A stretch of 63,980 nucleotides of DNA, counting the filler. It is 6 parts of 6 records of this genome, joined end to end, with 100 filler letters (N's around TTAATTAATTAA, not from the genome) between each part and the next. Parts side by side here need not be neighbours in the genome. Positions count along the whole stretch, not along the records: positions 47,899 to 60,796 come from SRR20825010_2399; positions 60,897 to 63,980 come from SRR20825010_3174; 4 more parts are not named here. One strand, given 5' to 3'. The notes under the pieces were generated by a model, which was not told the origin of the DNA, did no database searches, and was given only the letters and a program-made list of their open reading frames with translations. The translations under genes and the position numbers were made by a program. Shown here piece by piece: positions 55,273 to 63,980 of the stretch; position 1 is the first letter of the stretch; each line of letters opens with the position of its first letter.

Positions 55273-56742
55273 TTATTCGAACCAGTGTGCACGCGCCTTC
55301 ATAATGATGTCGCGCGCGCGATCTTCTTCAATGCCTGCGATCTCAACCAATTCGTCAACCGCCAATTCTGCCAACCCTTCACGCTCCGAAATATCGGCAG
55401 CAGCAAGTTTGGACACCAAATCGGCGTCTACGCCTTCAATTGACATCAAATCACCGGCGCCCTCGACCATTTCTTCGTGGGCAATTGCCTCGGTCAACAA
55501 TGCGTTGCGGGCGCGGGTGCGTAGCAATTCAACAGTTTCATCGTCAAATGCTTCAATTTCCTGCATTTCAGCCAGTGGTACATAGGCCACTTCTTCAAGT
55601 CCGCTAAAACCTTCCTCAATCAGGATGTTGGCAACTTCTTCGTCGACATCCAGCTTGCTGGTGAACAATTCGCGCAACTTGCCAACTTCCTCTTCAGAGC
55701 GTTTTTCTGACTCTTCCGGGGTCATGATGTTGATTTGCCAACCGGTAAGGTCAGAGGCAAGGCGAACGTTTTGACCACTGCGGCCAATGGCTTGTGCCAA
55801 TTCGGCTTCGTCTACAACCACTTCCATCACGTGCTGGTCTTCATCCACCACAATCGATTGCACCGTGGCGGGTGACAAGGCACCAATCACGAACTGGGCC
55901 GGGTCTTCAGACCACAACACAATGTCTACTCGCTCACCGCCCAATTCCTGGGTAACGGCCTGAACGCGTGAACCACGAACACCTACACAGGTACCGATGG
56001 GATCGATGCGGCGGTCGTGAGCCAATACTGCAATTTTGGCACGCATGCCGGGGTCGCGTGAAGCACCCTTGATTTCCAGATGACCCTGCTCAATTTCGGG
56101 CACTTCCATGGCAAACAAGGCCTTGATGAATTCTGGCGATGTGCGGGAAAGAATGACCTGCTGGCCACGGGCCAAGCGATCAACTTTCCACAGGAAAGCG
56201 CGTACGCGGTCGCCTGGACGCAGGCTTTCACGCGGGATCATTTGATCGCGGGGCAGGCGGGCTTCAATACGGCCACTTTCAATAATGGCGTCGCCACGCT
56301 CCATGCGCTTGACCTGACCGATAACGATTTTGTCGCCACGATCCAGGAAGTCTTGCAAAATTTGCTCACGCTCGGCATCGCGCACGCGCTGCAAAATTAC
56401 CTGCTTGGCGGCCTGTGCGCCAATGCGACCAAACTCGACGGGCTCAAGCTCTTCTTCAATGAAGTCACCCATTTCGGCTTCGGAATCGTGCTGCAAGGCC
56501 TGGTCAAGCACCATTTGGTAGGCAGGATCGTAGAAGTCTTCTTCGGTCACTACTTCCCAGCGGCGGAAAGTGTCGTAGTCGCCAGTGTCGCGGTCGATAG
56601 ACACGCGCACGTCGACTTCTTCATCGAAACGCTTCTTGGTTGCAGAAGCCAATGCCAATTCGAGCGCGCCGAATACAATGTCTTTATCAACATTCTTTTC
56701 ACGCGCCAGCGCATCAACCAATAAAAGCAACTCACGGCTCAT
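55273..56742 (-). CDS. nusA: Transcription termination/antitermination factor NusA
   Basis: '[13 protein letters not shown]', 'DPIGTCVG', '[13 protein letters not shown]'. Confidence 0.98.
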   Translation of the reverse strand: MSRELLLLVDALAREKNVDKDIVFGALELALASATKKRFDEEVDVRVSIDRDTGDYDTFRRWEVVTEEDFYDPAYQMVLDQALQHDSEAEMGDFIEEELEPVEFGRIGAQAAKQVILQRVRDAEREQILQDFLDRGDKIVIGQVKRMERGDAIIESGRIEARLPRDQMIPRESLRPGDRVRAFLWKVDRLARGQQVILSRTSPEFIKALFAMEVPEIEQGHLEIKGASRDPGMRAKIAVLAHDRRIDPIGTCVGVRGSRVQAVTQELGGERVDIVLWSEDPAQFVIGALSPATVQSIVVDEDQHVMEVVVDEAELAQAIGRSGQNVRLASDLTGWQINIMTPEESEKRSEEEVGKLRELFTSKLDVDEEVANILIEEGFSGLEEVAYVPLAEMQEIEAFDDETVELLRTRARNALLTEAIAHEEMVEGAGDLMSIEGVDADLVSKLAAADISEREGLAELAVDELVEIAGIEEDRARDIIMKARAHWFE

Positions 56743-56752
56743 TCCAGGGCTC

Positions 56753-57256
56753 CTAAAACTTTAGATGGGGGACCAGACGGGCACCCGCCAAATCAGCTAT
56801 TTCAAAATCAAGCAAGTAAGGCTCGGCATTTTTGCCATCGGGTGTCACCAGGACGCCCCAGGCTTGCTCTTTGCCTTGCTGCAATACACCTTTAAACTGC
56901 TTCTGGTTGTTGATGGGGCGCTTGAACTTCAACGCAACCTCTTCACCCAGAAACTGTTCGAAATCTTTTTTACGACGCAATACACGATCCACGCCCGGCG
57001 AGGAAATTTCGAGCCGGTCGTAGTTGACGTTTTCGACGGTGAACAGATGGGTTAACTGGTGACTTACCCGCTCGCAATCCTCGACTGTGACACCGGCAGG
57101 TGAATCAATCATGATGCGCAACAGGCCATTGCCTTCCCGCTCGATGTCGGCCACTTCAAGACCCAGCGAGACAATCACGGCGTCGGCTTCCGTTACCCAA
57201 GGTTCTGACCACACGCCAGACCATGAATTGCCAACAAATTCTTCAGGATTGATCAC
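56753..57256 (-). CDS. rimP: Ribosome maturation factor RimP
   Basis: 'EDCERVS', '[10 protein letters not shown]'; upstream of nusA. Confidence 0.93.
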   Translation of the reverse strand: MINPEEFVGNSWSGVWSEPWVTEADAVIVSLGLEVADIEREGNGLLRIMIDSPAGVTVEDCERVSHQLTHLFTVENVNYDRLEISSPGVDRVLRRKKDFEQFLGEEVALKFKRPINNQKQFKGVLQQGKEQAWGVLVTPDGKNAEPYLLDFEIADLAGARLVPHLKF

Positions 57257-57301
57257 TTCGCCTCTTTTAACCTTCTCTAGTTCACTTCAAAACCGCCCGC
57301 C

Positions 57302-57404
57302 AAAAAAAAATGGGCCTGTAAGCCCACTTCATTTGAGACACCCTTTTTTTGGAGTGGGTGCTCAGGCAGCCTCAGAGAATAACCGAAACCGCCTTTATTT
57401 TCAA
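57302..57404 (-). promoter_or_regulatory. Sigma70 promoter and attenuator-like leader of rimP-nusA-infB
   Basis: TTGAAA(57404-57399)-N17-TATTCT(57381-57376), followed by terminator GTGGGC-ttacag-GCCCAT-T8. Confidence 0.7.
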
Positions 57405-57422
57405 GCAATTTCAAGCACCGCA

Positions 57423-58841
57423 CTACACGGTGGGGGCCTTTCTGCGTCGCCTTTGCTGGGGCTTCTGCTCGGAAACAGGGCCATTTCCGTGCGCAGGCCC
57501 TCTGCCCGCCGAGGGGCCACCGGTTCGCGCACCACCGGTGCGTTTGCCGGAACCTGCAAATTTTCCAGGATTGCCACCATTTCCCGTGCCAGACGGGCCG
57601 CGGCGTCGCCCATCGTTGCTGCCACCATTACCCGCACCGGCACCACCGCCAGCACCGGCCCTGTTGCCATTGCGTTCACCACCGCGACCATTGCCACCAG
57701 TGCGCGCGGAACCACCGGCCGAAGACAGGTTGTTCTGGTTGCTTAAGGCAGCTGCCGCAGCAGCACCAGAAACCGTTAGGTAGGTTTGCGTGGGCGTAGT
57801 AAACGCCAAACCCGGATCGATCAAGGGCTGACCATTGCGGCGTTTGTTGTTTTTAGAGCCAATGTTTTTCTTGTCGCGGCGAATTGCACCTTCTTGCGCG
57901 GATTCATCGACCTTCAAACCCAAGGACTGCATGTAGGACATGGCTTCAAGGGCTTCCATTTCCATGTGGCGCCCGCGCTTCAAGGTGGATGGCATGAGAA
58001 TATCGCCAAAACGCGTGCGGATCAGGCGGCTAACCGTTAGCTTGCATGCTTCAAACATGCGGCGAACTTCCCGGTTGCGCCCTTCTTTCAAACCCACTTT
58101 GTACCAACGGTTTGCACCTTCGCCACCTGCCGCGTCCACATACAGGAACTTGGCCGGGCCATCGTCAAGCTGAATGCCAGCCAACAACTGCTGGCGCTGT
58201 TCTTCAGAAAGGTCACCCAGAATGCGAACAGCATATTCACGCTGCACTTCGTAACGGGGATGCATCAAACGATTGGCCAAGTCGCCAGACGAGGTGAACA
58301 GCAACAGGCCTTCTGTGTTGAAATCCAGGCGACCTACGGCAATCCACTTCCCATTGGAAATTTTCGGAAGTTTTTGAAACACGGTCGGGCGACCTTGCGG
58401 GTCATCCATGGACACAATTTCACCAGCTGGCTTGTGATAAATGAGTACACGGGGGGGCTTGGATTTGTTTTTGCGCTGAATCAACCTGCCATTGACACGA
58501 ACCTGGTCGGTGGGCAGTACGCGCTGACCCAAGTGAGCAGGCTCCGCATTCACTGAAACACGGCCGGCCACGATCAGTTCTTCCATTTCACGGCGCGAAC
58601 CCATGCCGGAATCTGCAAGCACTTTGTGCAGCTTTGGTGCCAACTCGGGGTCCAGGCGCACATTCAATTTGCTGCGGTTCTTGCTGGCGCTGCCAGCCGC
58701 TTCTGTTTTCAGCCCTTCGACCTGGTCAAGCACCTCGCCCCATTCCATGTCATGGCTTTCGCTGTCGGTGCTAACCGCAACGGGTTCAATGGTGTCTGTT
58801 GTTTCCGGGGTTTCAGTTGCTTTGCGCTTGTTGGTTCTCAT
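57423..58841 (-). CDS. rluB: 23S rRNA pseudouridine(2605) synthase RluB with Gly-rich C-terminal tail
   Basis: '[15 protein letters not shown]', '[11 protein letters not shown]', 'EGRNREVRR'; follows scpB. Confidence 0.92.
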   Translation of the reverse strand: MRTNKRKATETPETTDTIEPVAVSTDSESHDMEWGEVLDQVEGLKTEAAGSASKNRSKLNVRLDPELAPKLHKVLADSGMGSRREMEELIVAGRVSVNAEPAHLGQRVLPTDQVRVNGRLIQRKNKSKPPRVLIYHKPAGEIVSMDDPQGRPTVFQKLPKISNGKWIAVGRLDFNTEGLLLFTSSGDLANRLMHPRYEVQREYAVRILGDLSEEQRQQLLAGIQLDDGPAKFLYVDAAGGEGANRWYKVGLKEGRNREVRRMFEACKLTVSRLIRTRFGDILMPSTLKRGRHMEMEALEAMSYMQSLGLKVDESAQEGAIRRDKKNIGSKNNKRRNGQPLIDPGLAFTTPTQTYLTVSGAAAAAALSNQNNLSSAGGSARTGGNGRGGERNGNRAGAGGGAGAGNGGSNDGRRRGPSGTGNGGNPGKFAGSGKRTGGARTGGPSAGRGPAHGNGPVSEQKPQQRRRRKAPTV

Positions 58842-59427
58842 CGTTTTCCGCTGTGTCGCTGTCATCCAGGTCAAATGGAATGACTTTCTGTAATTCATCA
58901 GCCAGTTGCTGGTCTTTTTCATCGTCCAGTGCTGGCAAATCGCTCAGGCTGACCAAATTCAGATCAGCCAAAAATTGGGGCGTGGTTGCCCAAAGTGCCG
59001 GACGCCCGGGGGCATCGCGGTGGCCAATGGCCTCGATCCAACCACGGTCCTCAAGGGCCTTCATAACCTGAGAGGACACGGTAACACCACGAATCGATTC
59101 AATATCGCCACGGGTTACTGGCTGTTTGTAGGCAATAATTGCCAATGTTTCCATGGTGGCCCGTGAATATTTCGGTGGCTTTTCCGGATTCATTTGTTCA
59201 AGGTAGCGCTTGACGTCGTCACGGGTCTGAAAGCGCCACCCGGTTTTAACCTGCACCAGTTCCAGACCTTTGTGGGTCCAGTCACGCCGCAAATCTTCAA
59301 GCAAGGTGGTGACGACAGCCGCGTCGATTGAGTCGTCGAACAACCTCATCAGCTCTTTGACAGCGATGGGTTCGACCGAGCACAACAAAGCCGCTTCTAA
59401 TATGTTTTTAGCGCGCTGGGGATCCAT
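58813..59427 (-). CDS. scpB: SMC-Scp complex subunit ScpB
   Basis: '[23 protein letters not shown]', '[10 protein letters not shown]'. Confidence 0.96.
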   Translation of the reverse strand: MDPQRAKNILEAALLCSVEPIAVKELMRLFDDSIDAAVVTTLLEDLRRDWTHKGLELVQVKTGWRFQTRDDVKRYLEQMNPEKPPKYSRATMETLAIIAYKQPVTRGDIESIRGVTVSSQVMKALEDRGWIEAIGHRDAPGRPALWATTPQFLADLNLVSLSDLPALDDEKDQQLADELQKVIPFDLDDSDTAENDENQQAQSN

Positions 59428-59573
59428 CCAGGCGGACTCTCTTTAAGAAATTCTGGTGTTGATAGGGAATTAGTGCCGATTGGTCCTGCAGGCCGGGATG
59501 GCTGTTGCCAGCGGGGTGCAGGGGCGCAGCGTGTAACTGGCTGCGCGACAGGCATTTTATAAACCGATGGCGC

Positions 59574-59603
59574 ATTGTAACCACGTTATCAGCAGATCGG
59601 CAA
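59574..59603 (-). promoter_or_regulatory. Sigma70 promoter for scpB-rluB
   Basis: TTGCCG-N18-TACAAT on the minus strand. Confidence 0.6.
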
Positions 59604-59627
59604 CCACTTGATCGCACAATCAAATGT

Positions 59628-59690
59628 AAAAAAAACGGCCCACCTAAGCGAGCCGTATCTAAAGTAACCCTTTGAGGGTCGGAGACAAGT
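59628..59690 (-). ncRNA. Small RNA resembling the Betaproteobacteria toxic sRNA family
   Basis: 5' CTTGTCTCC, hairpin ACCCT-caa-AGGGT, terminator ACGGCTCGC-ttag-GTGGGCCGT-T7. Confidence 0.55.
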
Positions 59691-59764
59691 TAATGTTGCA
59701 TGCTATTCACGCACGAAACATCCCCACTGTGGCCTACCCCGTAACCACCCGAGCCTTCTGGAAC

Positions 59765-59810
59765 TTATCCACACTAGACGGGGAAAACCTTCCCTAATCA
59801 CTGTGGATAA
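59765..59810. promoter_or_regulatory. Two perfect DnaA boxes in inverted orientation
   Basis: TTATCCACA (59765-59773) and TGTGGATAA (59802-59810), 28 bp apart. Confidence 0.7.
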
Positions 59811-59897
59811 AATTTTCAGCCTGTTGATTTTTCGGTATTTTTGGTTGGTTGATTAAAAACTGAGCATGCTCTCTAAGTGGCATCAACACCCGCTATT

Positions 59898-60113
59898 TCA
59901 CCTTTCCCAGCGATAGCCAACACCCGCTTGGTGTATGCGATTCCAGACCGCTTCTTTTTCGACATCGCTTTTGAAAAGCCAACCGTCGACTTCATCCATG
60001 GTTCGGCCGCAACCCATGCAAACATCGTCACCAAGATTGGTTGAACAAAAGCCTACACAAGGGGTATCCGCTTCAGGCCAGACAGGCAGGTTTGCGTATT
60101 CGGGTTTGGACAT
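59898..60113 (-). CDS. DUF1289 family small Cys protein
   Basis: 'TPCVGFCS...CMGCGRTMDEV..W'. Confidence 0.85.
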   Translation of the reverse strand: MSKPEYANLPVWPEADTPCVGFCSTNLGDDVCMGCGRTMDEVDGWLFKSDVEKEAVWNRIHQAGVGYRWER

Positions 60114-60123
60114 GGCGCTGCTT

Positions 60124-60618
60124 CTAATTGGAAATTGGACGATGCTGTTTCTTCAGGCGAATATAAAGCACTTTGGTAACACGTGCGACGACAGAACCAT
60201 CTTCATGGGTAATGTCGGCCTCGAAAGTGTGCAGCACCTTTTCTCCTGACGATGCCTTGAGCTTGATCTCCGCTAGCGTTTGATCATCAACTTGATAAAC
60301 GCCTTTGACCAGGGAGATGCCCGGCGACACGAATTGAATACTCGACTCTTGGTCCCAAACCACATACTTGTGGCCCAAGCGTCGGATCAGGATGAGCATG
60401 TAGAAGGGGTCGGCCATGGCGTAGATGGATCCACCAAACTGCGTGCCCATGACATTTTTATTTTTCCGGGTCAAAGGCAAATGCACTTCGATTCGGTCAA
60501 ACGCAGGGCTAACTTGATGCACCTTGATGCCAGCGCCACGCAGCGGTGAATACATATTGATTAACATGCGCACGACTTGCGGCTTGTATTTCAGGTCTTG
60601 AAGAAATTTTTTTAACAT
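60124..60618 (-). CDS. DUF4442/PaaI-like hotdog-fold protein
   Basis: 'NVMGTQFGGSIYAMADPFYM...VVWD'. Confidence 0.85.
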   Translation of the reverse strand: MLKKFLQDLKYKPQVVRMLINMYSPLRGAGIKVHQVSPAFDRIEVHLPLTRKNKNVMGTQFGGSIYAMADPFYMLILIRRLGHKYVVWDQESSIQFVSPGISLVKGVYQVDDQTLAEIKLKASSGEKVLHTFEADITHEDGSVVARVTKVLYIRLKKQHRPISN

Positions 60619-60701
60619 TTTTTACATCGAATTTATCTTGTGGTTTCAGTAGGATAAAGGATTTCCAGACACTTTCCATACCCACACGCAAGTTTGCGCA
60701 C

Positions 60702-60730
60702 TTGCACACAAGACCAAAACCCGCTATAGT
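60702..60730 (+). promoter_or_regulatory. Sigma70 promoter of tRNA-fMet
   Basis: TTGCAC-N17-TATAGT, 15 nt before the tRNA. Confidence 0.75.
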
Positions 60731-60745
60731 TTCGTTCTTACCAGA

Positions 60746-60796
60746 CGCGGGGTGGAGCAGTCTGGCAGCTCGTCGGGCTCATAACCCGAAGGTCGT
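60746..60796 (+). tRNA. Initiator tRNA-Met (CAT), 3'-truncated by contig end
   Basis: CGCGGGGTGGAGCAGTCTGGCAGCTCGTCGGGCTCATAACCCGAAGGTCGT; anticodon stem with GGG/CCC and CAT. Confidence 0.95.
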
Positions 60797-60896
60797 NNNN
60801 NNNNNNNNNNNNNNNNNNNNNNNNNNNNNNNNNNNNNNNNTTAATTAATTAANNNNNNNNNNNNNNNNNNNNNNNNNNNNNNNNNNNNNNNNNNNN
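60797..60896. other. Artificial contig linker
   Basis: N run with TTAATTAATTAA. Confidence 0.99.
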
Positions 60897-61100
60897 CTGG
60901 CTTGGCATGATGGTCGAAATCGCATGCTTGTAGACAAGCTGCGAGTGACCGTCGCGTCTCAACAGGACACAGAAATTGTCAAAAGACGTGACCACACCGG
61001 TCAGCTTCACCCCGTTGATCAGGAAGATCGTCAGGGAAATTTTCTGCTTCCGAACCGTGTTGAGAAAAAGATCCTGCAGGTTTTGTGAACGCTCCGCCAT
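60897..61100 (-). CDS. hfq: RNA chaperone Hfq, 3'-truncated
   Basis: 'QNLQDLFLN...FLINGVKL...[14 protein letters not shown]'. Confidence 0.97.
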
Positions 61101-61482
61101 TGCGCCTTTTCATCCGTCTTTTTCTTGCCCGCTAACCGCAGGTCATTACCGCACTTGTCCGGCCTTGCTGACTATCGCTCTTTTCAAACATGAAAAAAGC
61201 CGCACCGAAGCCACAAAGGCTTACGTTACGTCAAGTCCCGAACATTCCCACTCCCTCTGACAGACAGATATGGTCGTCTTGCCGCTGACAGAAATTCGCT
61301 CGTCCGAACGTGGCACAGAAGACCATTGTTGCGGGGTTTTGTAAACACTTGTTTTTGCGGGCGCCGAACAGCGCGCGATTTGCAATGTCACGCGATGATG
61401 GAATTTTTTGGGCAATACGCGCGAATGCGGCGATTGCCGCGGGTGCCTCCGGTGCGAGCGGCGACCGGCGGGAGACCTGTTT

Positions 61483-62952
61483 CTAGCGGCTCATCCAGTA
61501 CCGGACATTCAGCACGGCAAAGACAATCATCACTTCCAGCCGTCCCAGCGTCATGACCACAATCGCGGTGATCTTGGCGCTATCGGGCATCGCCGCGAAC
61601 TGCGGCCAGACATCGTTTGCGGGTGCGGTGACATAGGAAGGCGGAATCAGCGCTTCATACACCGGTCCTGCATTGGAGAACAGCGCGATGGCCATGGTGA
61701 GCCCGCCTTCGAAGTCGGCGGCGTCGAAAGTCAGCGCCATTGCCGCGATCGCGACAATCAGCAGCGACAGCGAAAAATAGGTCCAGATCGCCCGCATGCT
61801 GGTCTCGTCGATGATCTGCCGGCCGAAATGCAGATTGGTGACACTGCTGGGATAAATCAGCTGGTTGAGTTCGCGGGTCGAATGAACCGCCATCGCGACA
61901 ATCCGGTAGATCTTGAAGCCGCCGGTTGTCGAATAGATGCCGCCGCCCACAAGCACGATCATCAGCACGATGAGATCGGGCCAAAGGGCGATCACGCCGG
62001 GGCGGCTCTCGATGCCGCTGGTGGCGACCAGCGATGTCGAGGCAAGCAGGCTCTCGATGAAGATCGGAACCAGCGGCGCCCCGCCCGAGACGGCCGACAG
62101 GCGAGCCGCATACAGCAGCGCGACGACGATGATGACGACGGCGATCACCACCACCTCGGGATTGCCGGTGAAGAACTGTTTCGGAGCGCGCAGCAGCCGC
62201 CGGCGCCAGAAGACGCTGATCGTGCCCAGCGCCAGGCCGATGGTCAGCACCAGCTGCGCCAGCGGGCCGGCATGGTTTTCCAGCGCCCCTTCGAAGGGCA
62301 GAAACCCGCCGGTGGCAATCACGATCATCGACAGCATCGCCGAATAGGGTCCGCTGACACCGGCCAGCATCAGGCCGACAAAGATGATGAAGGTGATGAG
62401 GACATACTGCCCGAGCACGATGCGGAAATCACCCAGATCGATAGTCATGTTGGCGGCGTTGCCGGTGATGATCCGCCGGTCTCCGGCCGGAAGTCCGCCA
62501 AATCCGCCCGGAGCCAGCACGTGGATGATCGACAACAGCGTGAGGAAGCCGCCATACCACTCGATCGAGGCGCGCCAGAACAGGATCGCCTGCGGCGCGG
62601 TTTCGCGCGACAGAAGCGTTGCCCCGGAGGTGGTCAGCGCCGAGACCGCCTCGAACCAGGCATCAACCCAGCTCAAGCCGGCAAGCGTCTTGAACGAGAC
62701 TGCGGCGATCACCGGGACAAGAACCCACATGGCGACCAGCGCCACATAGCCCGACGCCCGGCCCAGCGGCCGCTTGAAACCGGAAATCGCACCCAGCACC
62801 ATCAATGCGGCGAAGACGCCGAGCGCGCCGACCAGCAGCATCGACAGTGCCAGATCGCGCATGCCGTCGGCGATGGCGAACAGCACCGCCGGAACGATGA
62901 GCGCAAAAAGTCCCGCAACCGCGACTGCCAGAACGTGCAGGACACCAAGCAT
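61483..62952 (-). CDS. trkH: Trk potassium uptake membrane protein
   Basis: Pore motifs 'SALTTSG', 'ATGGF', 'ATSG', 'SNAGP'; 'STTGGFK', 'LGRLE'. Confidence 0.9.
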   Translation of the reverse strand: MLGVLHVLAVAVAGLFALIVPAVLFAIADGMRDLALSMLLVGALGVFAALMVLGAISGFKRPLGRASGYVALVAMWVLVPVIAAVSFKTLAGLSWVDAWFEAVSALTTSGATLLSRETAPQAILFWRASIEWYGGFLTLLSIIHVLAPGGFGGLPAGDRRIITGNAANMTIDLGDFRIVLGQYVLITFIIFVGLMLAGVSGPYSAMLSMIVIATGGFLPFEGALENHAGPLAQLVLTIGLALGTISVFWRRRLLRAPKQFFTGNPEVVVIAVVIIVVALLYAARLSAVSGGAPLVPIFIESLLASTSLVATSGIESRPGVIALWPDLIVLMIVLVGGGIYSTTGGFKIYRIVAMAVHSTRELNQLIYPSSVTNLHFGRQIIDETSMRAIWTYFSLSLLIVAIAAMALTFDAADFEGGLTMAIALFSNAGPVYEALIPPSYVTAPANDVWPQFAAMPDSAKITAIVVMTLGRLEVMIVFAVLNVRYWMSR

Positions 62953-62956
62953 GGGC

Positions 62957-63980
62957 TCAGAAGAACTCGAGGCTTACGCGGAACATCTGCTCGACATGGC
63001 GCACCGATTCGACGGCTGCGAACATCACCACCCGGTCCTTGGCCTTGATCTTGACCGACCCATCCGGGCGCAGCACCTGCTTGTCGCGATAGATGGCGCC
63101 GATGCGCACGCCCTCGGGCAGATCCAGGCTGCGCAGCGGCTTGCCGACAAGCGGCGAGGTTTCGAGCGCCTCGGCCTCGATCACCTCCGCGGCGCCCTTC
63201 TGCACCGAGTAGACGGCGCGGATGCGGCCACGACGGACATGCTGCAGGATTCTGGAGATGGTGACGGCACGCGGATTGATGTGGGCGTCGATCCCCAGCG
63301 TCTTGGTGAAGGTCTGGTAGGACGGGTTGTTGATCAGTGCCAGGTTGGCCTTGCAGCCGAGCCGCTTGGCCATCACCGACGACAGGATATTGACCTGGTC
63401 GTCGTTGGTAAGAGCCACCATCAGGTCGGCGTTCTGGATGTCGGCCTCGACCAGAATGTTCTGATCCAGCGACGATCCGTTGAGAACAACGGTGCGCGAC
63501 AGCGAATCGGCGATCGATACGGCGCGGGTGCGGTCGGCCTCGATGATCTTGACCTTGGTCTTGGGCTGCCGCTCCTCGATGGCAGCTGCGACGTAGTAGC
63601 CGATATTGCCGCCGCCGGCGATGACGATGCGCCCGGCCTCCTGCTCCTCGTGGCCGAACAGGCCAAGCGTGCGCCGGACATGGTCCTTGTCGCACACGAC
63701 ATAGGCCAGGTCGCCGGTCTCCAGCTGATCGGAGGAATGCGGCACGAACAGCTTCTCGTTGCGCCAGACGCCGACCACCGTCGCCATAAGGTCGGGAAAC
63801 AGCTCGCTCAACTGCAACAGCGGCGTGTTGACCACCGGACAGTCCTCGAGGCACTCGATGGCGACCATCGCCACCTTGTCATCGGCAAAGCGAACCGCGT
63901 CGGTGGCGCCTGGCAGGGCAATGCGGCGCAGCACCATCTGTCCGACCTCGACTTCCGGCGAGATGATCACGTCGATGGGC
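62957..63980 (-). CDS. trkA: Trk potassium uptake NAD-binding subunit, 5'-truncated
   Basis: 'IISPEVEV', 'IAGGGNIG', 'LTNDDQVN', 'AEVIEAEALETS'. Confidence 0.93.
   Translation of the reverse strand, partial: PIDVIISPEVEVGQMVLRRIALPGATDAVRFADDKVAMVAIECLEDCPVVNTPLLQLSELFPDLMATVVGVWRNEKLFVPHSSDQLETGDLAYVVCDKDHVRRTLGLFGHEEQEAGRIVIAGGGNIGYYVAAAIEERQPKTKVKIIEADRTRAVSIADSLSRTVVLNGSSLDQNILVEADIQNADLMVALTNDDQVNILSSVMAKRLGCKANLALINNPSYQTFTKTLGIDAHINPRAVTISRILQHVRRGRIRAVYSVQKGAAEVIEAEALETSPLVGKPLRSLDLPEGVRIGAIYRDKQVLRPDGSVKIKAKDRVVMFAAVESVRHVEQMFRVSLEFF

Noticed and set aside
53594-55585. 663-aa ORF antisense to infB/nusA, and similar long antisense ORFs in contigs 1 and 6 (1209-2420, 7270-8640, 61408-63048)
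   Set aside because: Shadow ORFs caused by codon bias in GC-rich genes; no protein features
57423-57780. Gly-rich repeats at the end of rluB
   Set aside because: Low-complexity tail common in proteobacterial RluB; not a DNA repeat array

Overview
The window is a concatenation of six unrelated contigs joined by 100-nt N spacers that carry TTAATTAATTAA (stop codons in all six frames), so it is a mixed or metagenomic pseudomolecule. Taxonomy is inferred from GC content, gene order and protein style only. (1) 1-8661, high-GC alphaproteobacterium: a TRAP DctP and allE converge on a minus-strand cluster for nucleoside/ureide use (PyrD-like dehydrogenase, M20 carbamoylase with an extra C-terminal module, NitT/TauT-type ABC transporter, divergent uridine phosphorylase, deoB). 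(2) 8762-19460, Cytophagia-like Bacteroidetes: rplQ-carA-eno-ftsB, Ldh2, ppx, pccB, M42 peptidase, a metal-binding receptor and a frameshifted secreted gene. (3) 19561-41386, Flavobacteriaceae: rluD, PASTA, ddl, lpxB, NlpC/P60, comEC, thioredoxin, two POT transporters, DPP-IV, amidinotransferase, gltA, an orphan TPR hybrid kinase, eno, carA. (4) 41487-47798 and (5) 47899-60796, Burkholderiales (Limnobacter-like): waaC, GT2, gltIJKL, aspA; then dusA, typA, truB, rbfA, infB, nusA, rimP, rluB, scpB and a truncated tRNA-fMet. (6) 60897-63980, alphaproteobacterial trkA-trkH-hfq. The most striking unexplained signal is a ~460-nt, densely base-paired intergenic element at 42673-43131, a candidate large non-coding RNA with a 32-bp G-U-rich helix and a possible pseudoknot. 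Other leads are a second structured element at 47902-48023, a tsRNA-like small RNA next to two inverted DnaA boxes, and a probable modified-pyrimidine-nucleoside catabolic operon.
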